Under the pieces are notes generated by a model, which worked only from the letters and a program-made list of their open reading frames with translations, was not told where the DNA came from and ran no database searches. A DNA stretch of 64,000 nucleotides from Candidatus Latescibacterota bacterium (GTDB lineage: Bacteria; Latescibacterota; UBA2968; GCA-2709665): assembly GCA_965203805.1 (NCBI GenBank), contig OZ241917.1, positions 4,960,001 to 5,024,000 on the forward strand, in the 5' to 3' direction. The translations under genes were made by a program, and so were the position numbers. Positions 20,001 to 27,925 of this stretch are shown here, piece by piece (the stretch's first letter is position 1; every line of letters begins with the position of its first letter).

Positions 20001-21301
20001 GTTCGGTTGCGTTTTCGGACGGCGGGAGCACACTGGCCACCGGCTCGGCGGACGGCACGGTCAAACTGTGGGACGTCGAGATGCAAGAACTGAAGGACAC
20101 CCTGAGAGATCACGGGGCCATGGTCCATTCTGTAGCGTTCACACGCAGTGGTTCAATCCTTGCCTCAGGATCGGCGGACGGATCGGTCATCATTCGAGAC
20201 GTTGCGATGGGCAATGCCGCCAGTGTATACGGATACAGGTCTCTGTCGTCAATGACCGTTTCGCCCGATGGCGGCACGCTGGCCACAGGTTCCCGTGACA
20301 ACCGAGTGATGCTGTGGGACGTGTTGACGCGAACGGCGGTCGCGACACTGGCGGAGCATACCGATTGGGTCCGCTCATTGGCGTTTTCGCCGGACGGGAG
20401 CACGTTGGCATCCGGGTCGAGCGATCACTCCATCCGGCTGTGGGACGTGGCCATGGAAACCGCGACCGCCGCGCTTGACGGACGCAGCTGGGTCTATTCG
20501 CTGGCAATCTCCCCTGATGGTAGCACGCTTGCCGCCGGACTGCGAAATGGTACGGCGACGCTGTGGAACCTGACGACACGTGCCCAGGTCGCAATTCTCG
20601 ACGGCCATGAGCCCACGGGCGGCGTCGGCTCGGTGGCGTTTTCGCCGGACGGGAGCACGCTGGCCTCGGGGTCGAGCGACCACACGGTCAAGTTGTGGGA
20701 CGTGGGTTCGCGATCCGAGACCGCCACGCTGGCAGGACACAGTGGCTGGGTCTATTCGGTGGCGTTTTCGAGTGATGGGAGCACATTGGCTTCCGGGTCG
20801 GAGGACGGAACCGTGCGAATATGGGATGTGGACACGCACGCGGAGACCGCCACGCTGGAAGGACACAGCGGCTGGGTCTATTCGGTGGCGTTTTCGCCGG
20901 ACGACAGCACGCTGGCTTCGGGGTCGCAGGACGGAACCGTGCGAATCTGGGACGTGGAAACGCGTACGGAGACCGCCGCACTGGAAGGACACAGCGGTTG
21001 GGTCTATTCGGTAGCGTTTCTGGACGACGCGAACAGGCTGGTATCGGGATCGAGGGATGGCACGATGTTGTTGTGGAATCTATCGGCGACGGAACCACCG
21101 CCGGTGAAGCCTCCGAAGACTCCCGCGGCGGACTTCAACGATGACGGCTCGGTGGGCTTTGCCGACTTCGTGTTGTTCGCGCAACACTTCGGATTGCGGG
21201 AGGGCGATACGGGATATGACGTGAAGTACGATCTGGATGAAGACGGCGCGATCGGCTTCAGCGACTTTGTGAAATTTGCCGGCGCCTTCGGACAGGGTTA
21301 A
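17066..21301 (+). CDS. secreted WD40-repeat protein: two WD40 blocks, central Big_1-like Ig domain, C-terminal dockerin-like EF-hand pair
   Basis: Signal-like N-terminus; roughly 27-28 GH...VAFSPDG.TLA.GS.DGTV.LWD repeats; IVSGDGQEG...TRTDADG; DFNDDGSVGFADF and DLDEDGAIGFSDF; start uncertain (17009-17066). Confidence 0.92.
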   Translation: MTNSIVDRGLVISLLMFLALHFGLPASLAGQESIEEEDHRTWHLPDGATARLGRGAIGFGSREVDVSPDGRTLAVASGIGIWLYDETTARTLALLPSSTRVASVSFSPDGSTLATVSEDGTVLLWDVAARSETATLVGHSGKVNAALFSPAGNTLATPTEDGTVFLWDVASRTQSGTLEGHTEIVTSIEYSPDGGTLATASEDGTVLLWDVTAQTRFDTLEGFADYVTSLSFSRDGGTLATASGDSAVVLWNLVSQTESDTLKGDTGGITLVAFSPDADTLATASADGTVMLWNLSRQRVTETLDGHTDKVTSMVFSKDGGTFATGSADGTVRFWDVATGYFVAFGGHKAAIKSVSFSPDGDTLAAGSAGGAVDLWDLSARMQFGILAGHSGSVTSLAYAPDGDTLATASRDSTVILWDMATQTAAATFEGHGDAVSSAAYSPDGTLLATASDDGTVLLWEDDTRRVAATLDGGAVAVASVVFSPEGNALAAGTAGGRVILWDVASRSRMAALEGHPGSVNTVVFSPDGSTVVSGSSDMTIKLWDVATQSQLATLQGHTGGVGSLDLSMDGSRLASGSNDNSIKIWDVSARTEVVTLQGHTANVNSVVFSPDRVTLVSGSEDGTVLLWDLSEWPGLRPLSLEIVSGDGQEGVPGGSLADSLTVGVKDHNGEPMPDVAVTFTVSAGRGRLNGRFTVHQTRTDADGSASVALTLGTRVGMNTVTVSIGGRKSATFSSEGVGTSVVAMDGDPRKWRLPARATARLGRGAMARSDRALALSRDGSTLAVASGIGVWLYNVSTSRDAALLTGPNAVHSVAFSTSGTLAAGLNNGEIELWDSGTGARVATLNGHTGPVVSVAFSDDGAILASGAEDGTVRLWDIGEQAGVATLRAHSGSVTSMAFSSDGATLVTGSADGTIKLWDVDTRTEAGTLEGHADGVHSVEFSGDGSTLAAGLADGTVKLWDVDTRTETGTLEGHADGVSSVAFSDGGSTLATGSADGTVKLWDVEMQELKDTLRDHGAMVHSVAFTRSGSILASGSADGSVIIRDVAMGNAASVYGYRSLSSMTVSPDGGTLATGSRDNRVMLWDVLTRTAVATLAEHTDWVRSLAFSPDGSTLASGSSDHSIRLWDVAMETATAALDGRSWVYSLAISPDGSTLAAGLRNGTATLWNLTTRAQVAILDGHEPTGGVGSVAFSPDGSTLASGSSDHTVKLWDVGSRSETATLAGHSGWVYSVAFSSDGSTLASGSEDGTVRIWDVDTHAETATLEGHSGWVYSVAFSPDDSTLASGSQDGTVRIWDVETRTETAALEGHSGWVYSVAFLDDANRLVSGSRDGTMLLWNLSATEPPPVKPPKTPAADFNDDGSVGFADFVLFAQHFGLREGDTGYDVKYDLDEDGAIGFSDFVKFAGAFGQG

Positions 21302-21392
21302 GCCATGGCCGGGACGCCACGCCTCCGCGATGGAGACGGCTGAGTTCAAGCTGCGAACGGGATGGCGGGATTCGGTGGGGCTGGAAGTGAAA

Positions 21393-22139
21393 CTATCGGA
21401 CGATCTCGATTCGGACCACGTTCTTGACATTCGCGCACTTGTCGTCGGTTTCGGGAATGAACAGGCGGATCGGGCCGCCAAGCCGTTCGGGGAGCGGATG
21501 GCCGCCGATGCGGTAAACGAGGATGCCGTTTTCGACCGCCGTGACGAGGGAGACACGCGCAAAGAACCCTTCGTCGGCCGAATGAAAGACGACATCGCGC
21601 TCATCAACGCCTGATGCCGCGCCTCTCAGAAGCGCGGCGACGGAAACCGCGGACCCGCGCCGTCCCGGAACCAAACGGCCGACGTCTTCGATCTGCTCAG
21701 GGATCCGCAGCAGGTCACCGTACGTGAAAACCATCGGCCCGGGCAGGCATCCCTCTACTGTCAGCAACGGCGCGGTTTCGTCACTGTCCAGGCCCGACGT
21801 TGTCTGGTCAATGTAGTCATGTGCGATTTCGACCAGCCTCGGGTCGAAGCCGACAGAAGGCGCGACGTGGATTTCAATTTCCGGTTGGTCCTTGCAAAAC
21901 CTGTCCATGCGCTGCCGGATCAGACTCAGGTCCTGCTCGGCCGCCTGAAACAGGAACGGCAGGACCGTGACCCGCGCCGCGCCGCGTTTTATGCACAGGG
22001 CAAGCACCCTTTCCAGGGCCGGATGGCCTTCCAGAACGCCGGCCTCAACCGCAACGCCCCTGTGCCGCAGCGCGTCGACGACCTGAGTGAGACAGTTGTC
22101 ATCCGCGCGCGGCGCGACAAGTACCGTGGCGTGGGTCAT
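21393..22139 (-). CDS. CbiX/SirB-like domain fused to molybdopterin-oxidoreductase-like domain
   Basis: LEGHPAL...GAARVTVLPFLF...GFDPRLVEI; C-terminal YRIGGHPLPERLGGPIRLFIP...CANVKNVVRIE; RBS ggagg before ATG 22139. Confidence 0.65.
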   Translation of the reverse strand: MTHATVLVAPRADDNCLTQVVDALRHRGVAVEAGVLEGHPALERVLALCIKRGAARVTVLPFLFQAAEQDLSLIRQRMDRFCKDQPEIEIHVAPSVGFDPRLVEIAHDYIDQTTSGLDSDETAPLLTVEGCLPGPMVFTYGDLLRIPEQIEDVGRLVPGRRGSAVSVAALLRGAASGVDERDVVFHSADEGFFARVSLVTAVENGILVYRIGGHPLPERLGGPIRLFIPETDDKCANVKNVVRIEIVR

Positions 22140-22249
22140 CGGACTGCCTCCATCGTCAGACTGGAGTCGAGCGGACATTACGACGTTCAACGGCGCGGGC
22201 CGTTCGACGTTCTCGCGTCATTCGTGAACGCCCGGCCAAAGGTTGCGCC

Positions 22250-22384
22250 ATGACTTTCTTCGACGACCTTCCGATTCTCATTCGCATCGTCCTGTTGATT
22301 TCCTCGGCACTCATACTGGTCGTCGGCGCCGGTCTGTTCTGGCGGATGGTGAAAGCCCTGTTCGGCAGGAAAGACCGAGGCTGA
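22250..22384 (+). CDS. 44-aa single-pass membrane microprotein (below ORF-track cut-off)
   Basis: MTFFDDLPILIRIVLLISSALILVVGAGLFWRMVKALFGRKDRG*; hydrophobic helix with basic tail; weak RBS. Confidence 0.55.
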   Translation: MTFFDDLPILIRIVLLISSALILVVGAGLFWRMVKALFGRKDRG

Positions 22385-22582
22385 CCCTCAGGGCGCAACG
22401 GCCTTCCCGATCTCAGCCGAAGTCGCAAGCCACTGCGACAGGCTCCCCCGAACGCGATCCCCCGGATGCGGCATCGCCGTCACCAACCAGGGGAGTCACG
22501 GTATCCACACACAAGTGTGCGTGAGTTCGACAACTTCCTGATTGTATGCCGGTTACTTGCAGTTTCGAGCCGCGAATTCGCA

Positions 22583-22864
22583 CTATCTCTCCGGTCGATT
22601 CGAAGCACCTTTCAATTCCCTTCGCGCAACGGATAGTGCCAGGACCTCCAGCGCGTTGATGAGGTAGACGTCGCGCGCGTGGCTGTCCAGGGCCTCGGCC
22701 ATCTGTTTGGCGAGCGCGGGGATGTCGGCCTCCAGATCGGCTCTCATATCGTCCCAGCCGGTCAGGCGACCATGCTTATCGCGGTATGACTCCCGCGCGG
22801 CCCGGTAGATGACCCTTGCGAGCGTGCGCGGGTCCCCGTCGAGATGGATCTGAGGTTCGCTCAT
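22583..22864 (-). CDS. hypothetical helical protein (93 aa)
   Basis: GC3-rich ORF from MSEPQIHL; the longer ORF-track start lies within repeats. Confidence 0.55.
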   Translation of the reverse strand: MSEPQIHLDGDPRTLARVIYRAARESYRDKHGRLTGWDDMRADLEADIPALAKQMAEALDSHARDVYLINALEVLALSVARRELKGASNRPER

Positions 22865-22891
22865 TTCAGCCTGAATCGTCTCTGGGTTGAC

Positions 22892-23012
22892 GGTTGAGCC
22901 TGCCTGCAGCGCCTGTCTGCGTGCCTGCCTGCAGCGCAGGGCACTGCGCAGGCAGGCGTACACGCACAGGCAGGCAGTACGCTGCGCAGGCAGGCAGACA
23001 TTCCTGTCTGCC
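22892..23012. repeat. four-level nested short palindromic elements
   Basis: CCTGCCTG...CAGGCAGG (33 bp, twice), CCTGTCTG...CAGGCAGG (30 bp) and GGCAGACATTCCTGTCTGCC nested in one another. Confidence 0.85.
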
Positions 23013-23023
23013 TTTATTGGTAT

Positions 23024-26000
23024 CTATGGCTCACTCGAACCGACGGGTTCGAAGCGGACGGTATCGCCGACCACGTAGTCCATGATCTGGACCCAGGCGC
23101 CGGGCGCGAGGTTTCGGAACCGGTCGCCGTCGCCCCTGATCGGATCGATCCGAACCGTCGTGCGGACCCTGCCCGGGGGCCAGGAACCGGCGTTTGACGC
23201 GTCGTCGACGACGGCCCAGTCGTCGTTCGCGCCGGTCTGGATCCGGGTACCGTTGAGATTGCCTGACTTCGCGAGGATGTGAAAGCCGAAGTCGACCCTC
23301 CCGTCTTTCGCGGCAACAACCTTCGCGCGCCCGAGCACGGAGGTGACGTCCAGCGTAAGGCGAAGGACCGGGTCACCGGCGGTCTCAACGGCCTCGACTC
23401 GGTAGCTGTGGGCGCGTTCATCGGGATTGACGGTAACGCGGTCCCCCTCGGCGATGTCATCCAGACCTTCCACGTCGATGGTACATGCCTCCCGGTTGAG
23501 AGCGACGATGCGGCCGGTCTGTTGTGCCCTCTTGACCGCGAGCGATGTCCTGGCGTTTTGAATCGAAGACGCGCCCACGGTCAGGAATTGATGACCGTCG
23601 ACCGCTATCGCCAGGGCGCCCTCCAACATGGCGCCGTCGTTAAAGGAGGTGGCGTCGCCGGGACCTGAATCGGGCGCCCAGTAAAGGGCGACCTCCCTGC
23701 CCTGCATTGTGGTCAGCCTGACGCCCGCGGCGGCGGGAGACTCCGCTGGAATGGCGACCGCTTCGGCAAGGGTCGGTTCGCCGATCCGGGGTTCGAATAC
23801 AAGATCGACGCACGTGGTATCGTCCTGCGGCGTCCGGCGCCAGAGGACCGGATGATACAGGTAGTTGGACGTTTCGGGGGTCCCCATCGCCTGGGCCGCG
23901 CGGGCGGAGAACAGACGGGTTCCGGGGGAAACGCGCAACTGATGCAGATCCAGGCGGGCGGCGGGCTCCGCCAGCGATTGCCAGGTCCCGCTGAAGGCCG
24001 GCGGCGCCGGGCCGGTCGCCACGTCGTCCATGTATGCCAGAGCGGTATGGTCGGGGTGCGGCAGGTCGCTGGTCTCACCGCGTTCGATATGAGGTCCGGC
24101 GACGGTTCCGGTTTGCGGCGAGAGTCCCGCGCTGTCCGACTGGAATATGCCTTCCAGCCCCCGGCACGTACGCCAGTGATTCGTGCCTCCCGCGATCCGT
24201 GAAAGGTCGATGAGGGCGACGCCGTCGCCGTCGGTCTCCACGAGGGCGATGAGGCGGCGGAAAGCGACACCGAGCCTGCGCCATCCCCGCGACTCCTCAT
24301 GCGTCCAGCGGTGCGCCTCGACATCCAGGACCTGTACGCCGTCCGCAAAGAGGCTGCGCACCAGGCGCCCCCGGCCGGCGCTGACGGGTTCGCCCGGGGG
24401 CAGGTCGGACCAGACCGTGTTGTGGGTAGCCCAGTGAGATTCCCATGGGGACATGCTGGCCCATGACTGCGGGTACCCAAGGTCGGTCAGAAACGGACGC
24501 TCGAAAGCGAACAACTGCACGTCCAGAAGGTCCCGGTGGCGGTGGTGGAGCGTATCACCGTACACGATGCCGGCCGCGGCGCGCTCAGGGGTGCCGTGTG
24601 TGCGGAGAATCGCGATGCCGACTCCGTCGTGGACTGTAGGGCCGAGTTTACGGTGCCGCCGGTCTTCAACGGCCGATTGAATTTCGTGCACCAGCGGATC
24701 ATCCGTGAAGGCCGCGGCTCGATTGAGAAGACTCGGGTCCATCGGCGGATGAAAGAGGTCGTTTTCAAGACGGATGGTACCCTCTCCCTTGAAGCCGGCC
24801 GAACCCGGAGCGGACCCGTCGCCAAACTGGAAATAGGACTTGCCGCACATCGTGATTTCGTGCAGCGCCCGCGGCACGTGCGAGGCCCTCCGATCTTCGA
24901 AGAGCGAAGGGTAGTCGGACTCGGGGTATGCCCCCGGTTGCCCTGCGCGCAGTCTTCGAAGGTGGTGTTCCAGATCGAACAATCCGTCGCTGTGGATGGC
25001 GTTATAGCCTCCGGTGGCCTCCTGTGGCGTGCCGTCCGGGAAGAAGTCGTTCGTGGTGAACACCCGCAGCGTGTCCGGTCCCTCGTCGTAGACCCAATCC
25101 ATCACGTCCCGCGCGTCGGGGCGGTTCAGGCAGCGCAGGACAATGAGCGCCCCCTGGCTTTCCCTTGGAAGGTTGCTGGATGCGCCCCTGTCCAGCGTGA
25201 CCTGGAGCAGTGCGGCCAGCATTTCTTCCGTCAGCTGGCAGACGTCGCCGGGGGTCTGCACGGAAAGGCCCATGCACTGCGCCCGTTCGACGAGTTCGCG
25301 GTCCTCCCTCATCAGCGGCCAGACCGTATCGTAGGCCAGCGCGAGGCATTCGATCAGATACGGCGTGTCGATGCTGTAACGGATGCTGCCCTTGGCCCGA
25401 AGCGCCTGGACCGGGTCCGGCTCGTCGGCCCAGTCCGGCTGGCCCCAGTCCCAGGGTTCTTCCACGCCTTTCGACGGACCGTAGCGGAACTGTGGTACGG
25501 AGGCCAGGTAGAGCTCTTCCTCCGCATAGCGTAGCAGAAGCAGTCCGAGTTGCCTCGCGCGGGCTTCGTCGAACCCGCCCGCGCGAAGCGCGTTCGTCAT
25601 CGCGGCGATTCCCGAATTGAAGCTGCGGCATTGGTCCCGGTGATAGGTGGCGGCGAAGAGGTAAATGTGGCCTTCGGCGTCGAAATAGCCGTACCCGTCA
25701 TCGGGACATTCGCCCGAGATGTAGTCTTCGTCCGCCAGGTCATTGCTCGGATAGACCGAGCCGCAGTTGGGACATACTGACTTGAAGTCGCACGGATGGT
25801 GGTTGCGCACCCAGGGATAGAAACCGCTGTATTTGAAAATCGCTGTACCGCAGTTCGGACAGCCCTGGTGGCAGTTGGCGAAGTGGGCCTTGGGAAGTTC
25901 CGCCCCGGGAAGCTGCGCCCAAAGGACCTCATCCGACTGCGAGGCCCACCAGGCGGCGGTCTCGTCGTTGACATGCTCCGATACGGGTTCGTCCTGCAGG

Positions 26001-26347
26001 GTCTGCCGCGTTTTTGTCGGCCGGTAATTCTTCTCCAGAGGCCAGCGGCGGGGCCACCATGCGCCGTTGTAGACGTGCGGCCGGCGCAGATCGTCCAGGG
26101 TGCGCACGCGGATGGTTGTTTCCGCGGACTTGCCGCCGTGCGTTGCGCGGATCGCATAATCGCCGGCCCGGCCGGGAGACCGAAGATAGTGGTAGACGGC
26201 GCCCTCCCGATCGGACCACCTCGTGGCGGTCGTCTCGAAGTGATCCGCCGAGAGATTGACGTTTTCGTCCTTCGCCTGAACGGGCAGGCGGAAGCTGCGT
26301 CCGGGCAGAATGACCCTGGGACGCCAGGGGATTGCGGGATCCGACAT
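23024..26347 (-). CDS. large heparinase II/III-like (putative oligosaccharide lyase) protein with CxxC pairs
   Basis: CPNC twice; QEATGGYN; HHRHRDLLDVQLFAFERPFLTDLGYP, ATHNTV. Confidence 0.65.
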   Translation of the reverse strand: MSDPAIPWRPRVILPGRSFRLPVQAKDENVNLSADHFETTATRWSDREGAVYHYLRSPGRAGDYAIRATHGGKSAETTIRVRTLDDLRRPHVYNGAWWPRRWPLEKNYRPTKTRQTLQDEPVSEHVNDETAAWWASQSDEVLWAQLPGAELPKAHFANCHQGCPNCGTAIFKYSGFYPWVRNHHPCDFKSVCPNCGSVYPSNDLADEDYISGECPDDGYGYFDAEGHIYLFAATYHRDQCRSFNSGIAAMTNALRAGGFDEARARQLGLLLLRYAEEELYLASVPQFRYGPSKGVEEPWDWGQPDWADEPDPVQALRAKGSIRYSIDTPYLIECLALAYDTVWPLMREDRELVERAQCMGLSVQTPGDVCQLTEEMLAALLQVTLDRGASSNLPRESQGALIVLRCLNRPDARDVMDWVYDEGPDTLRVFTTNDFFPDGTPQEATGGYNAIHSDGLFDLEHHLRRLRAGQPGAYPESDYPSLFEDRRASHVPRALHEITMCGKSYFQFGDGSAPGSAGFKGEGTIRLENDLFHPPMDPSLLNRAAAFTDDPLVHEIQSAVEDRRHRKLGPTVHDGVGIAILRTHGTPERAAAGIVYGDTLHHRHRDLLDVQLFAFERPFLTDLGYPQSWASMSPWESHWATHNTVWSDLPPGEPVSAGRGRLVRSLFADGVQVLDVEAHRWTHEESRGWRRLGVAFRRLIALVETDGDGVALIDLSRIAGGTNHWRTCRGLEGIFQSDSAGLSPQTGTVAGPHIERGETSDLPHPDHTALAYMDDVATGPAPPAFSGTWQSLAEPAARLDLHQLRVSPGTRLFSARAAQAMGTPETSNYLYHPVLWRRTPQDDTTCVDLVFEPRIGEPTLAEAVAIPAESPAAAGVRLTTMQGREVALYWAPDSGPGDATSFNDGAMLEGALAIAVDGHQFLTVGASSIQNARTSLAVKRAQQTGRIVALNREACTIDVEGLDDIAEGDRVTVNPDERAHSYRVEAVETAGDPVLRLTLDVTSVLGRAKVVAAKDGRVDFGFHILAKSGNLNGTRIQTGANDDWAVVDDASNAGSWPPGRVRTTVRIDPIRGDGDRFRNLAPGAWVQIMDYVVGDTVRFEPVGSSEP

Positions 26348-26407
26348 GGCGACCTTCCTCGGTAAAGGGAGACTGACGTTTGGGCGAGCTCGATTACGGG
26401 CTTGAGT

Positions 26408-27244
26408 TCACACCGCCATTTTGGCCTTGACGGCCGCGTGGCAGCGGTAGTTGACTAGCCGGAAGTCGTCGTACGCGAAGTCGTCGATGGTCTTCTGGCC
26501 GCGGTCCTCTATACGAAGGAGCGGGAGCGGATACGGGTCGCGCGACAACTGTTCCCTGACCGCGTCCAGGTGGTTCAGATAGATGTGGGCATCGGCCAGC
26601 GTGTGGATGAATTCACCGGGTTCGAGACGGGTGATTCTGGCCACCATATGCAACAGGAGTGAATAGGAGGCGATATTGAGCGGCACCCCCAGAAACATGT
26701 CGCAGGACCTCTGGTACATCAACAGGGAAAGTCTGCCTTCCGCAACGTAGAACTGGAAGAAGGAGTGGCAGGGAGGAAGGGCGACGTCGTCGGGCGCGAC
26801 TTCGGCGGCATTCCACGCGTTCACGATCATGCGCCTGGAGTCGGGGCTGCTGCGGATCAGGTCGATGGCTTCCCGCAGCTGGTCCACGGTCCGTTCCGCC
26901 CCGCGCCATTTCCGCCACTGGACGCCGTAGATGCGTCCCATCGAGCCGCTGTTTTCGCGCAGGCCGAGTCTGTTGAGGTAGTCCCGATAGTTGCCGTCCC
27001 AGAGTCTGTTGTAGGGATAGATCCTCTTGAGGTCGTTTATATTGTCGGATCCCGAAATGAACCATAGCAACTCTGAGAGCATGGATTTCCACACGAGCTT
27101 TTTCGTGGTAACGGCCGGGAATCCGTCTCTCATGTCGTACCGCGCGTGCAGGCCGAAACAGGAGATCGTGCCGACCCCCGTCCGGTCCTCTTTCGTGACG
27201 CCGTGGTCCATGATATATTTGAGTTGATCGAGGTATTGTCTCAT
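26408..27244 (-). CDS. thyA: thymidylate synthase
   Basis: MRQYL, DRTGVGT, ELLWFISG, YGVQWR, SRRMIVNAWN, LPPCH, YQRSCDMFLGVPLNIASY. Confidence 0.98.
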   Translation of the reverse strand: MRQYLDQLKYIMDHGVTKEDRTGVGTISCFGLHARYDMRDGFPAVTTKKLVWKSMLSELLWFISGSDNINDLKRIYPYNRLWDGNYRDYLNRLGLRENSGSMGRIYGVQWRKWRGAERTVDQLREAIDLIRSSPDSRRMIVNAWNAAEVAPDDVALPPCHSFFQFYVAEGRLSLLMYQRSCDMFLGVPLNIASYSLLLHMVARITRLEPGEFIHTLADAHIYLNHLDAVREQLSRDPYPLPLLRIEDRGQKTIDDFAYDDFRLVNYRCHAAVKAKMAV

Positions 27245-27291
27245 GAAGATACCTGTACAGATGAGCCTCCGGCTGCGATCGGGCAACCAAG

Positions 27292-27466
27292 AGCGGTGAG
27301 ACGCAAGACGGTAGACGGTAGATGAAAAACCTGAAAGCGGTGAGAGGGTAGACGTTAGACGGTAGATGACGCCTCTGCCCGATTGGTTCTTCCTTAATGC
27401 CTGCGGCAAGACATGATACCGAACAGGTATTCACATCATCTCACGTCTCACGTTACTTACGTCTCC
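27292..27466. repeat. heptamer-based (AGACGGT/AGACGT) tandem and inverted repeats between folA and thyA
   Basis: 34-bp unit duplicated at 27292-27325 and 27336-27369; oppositely oriented tcacgtc units at 27440-27466. Confidence 0.7.
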
Positions 27467-27925
27467 CCGCCTTTCGTAGACCAAAAGGGTGAACTCGTCG
27501 CGTTCTTCTTTACTTGTGAGCCGCCACTCGCTCTCGTCGAACTCGGGGAAGTAGGTGTCGCCGTCGTAGTCGCCCTTGATGCGGGAGAGAACCATCCTGT
27601 TCGCGATCGGGATGGACTGCCGGTAGATTTCGGCGCCGCCCGCGCTGAAAACGGGTTTCCCGTAGGAGCCGGCTTTCTCAAGCGCCGCTTCGAACGTGCG
27701 GCAGACGTCGACGCCCGGGATTTCCGGGAACGTGCGGCTGACGATCACGTGGGGGCGTTTCCGCAGGGGTTTGCAGCCAATCGACTCGAAGGTTTTGCGC
27801 CCCATGATCAGAACGCCGCCGGTAGTGATTTTCCTGAAATGCCGGAGGTCCTCGGAAACGTGCCAGGGCATGGCATTGTCTTTGCCGATCACCCGGTTGT
27901 CCGCCATGGCGGCGATAACGGTCAT
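27431..27925 (-). CDS. folA: dihydrofolate reductase
   Basis: IAAMADNRVIGKDNAMPWH..EDLRHF, IMGRKTFESIG, GGAEIY, GDTYFP; ATGA overlap with rimO. Confidence 0.97.
   Translation of the reverse strand: MTVIAAMADNRVIGKDNAMPWHVSEDLRHFRKITTGGVLIMGRKTFESIGCKPLRKRPHVIVSRTFPEIPGVDVCRTFEAALEKAGSYGKPVFSAGGAEIYRQSIPIANRMVLSRIKGDYDGDTYFPEFDESEWRLTSKEERDEFTLLVYERRGDVSNVRREMM

Noticed and set aside
19790-21010. 126-bp periodic repeats as a CRISPR or non-coding array
   Set aside because: They are in-frame WD40 coding repeats with no unique spacers and no cas genes
27245-27409. N-terminal extension of ThyA in the ORF track
   Set aside because: It is a translation of heptamer repeats; the canonical MRQYL start is at 27244
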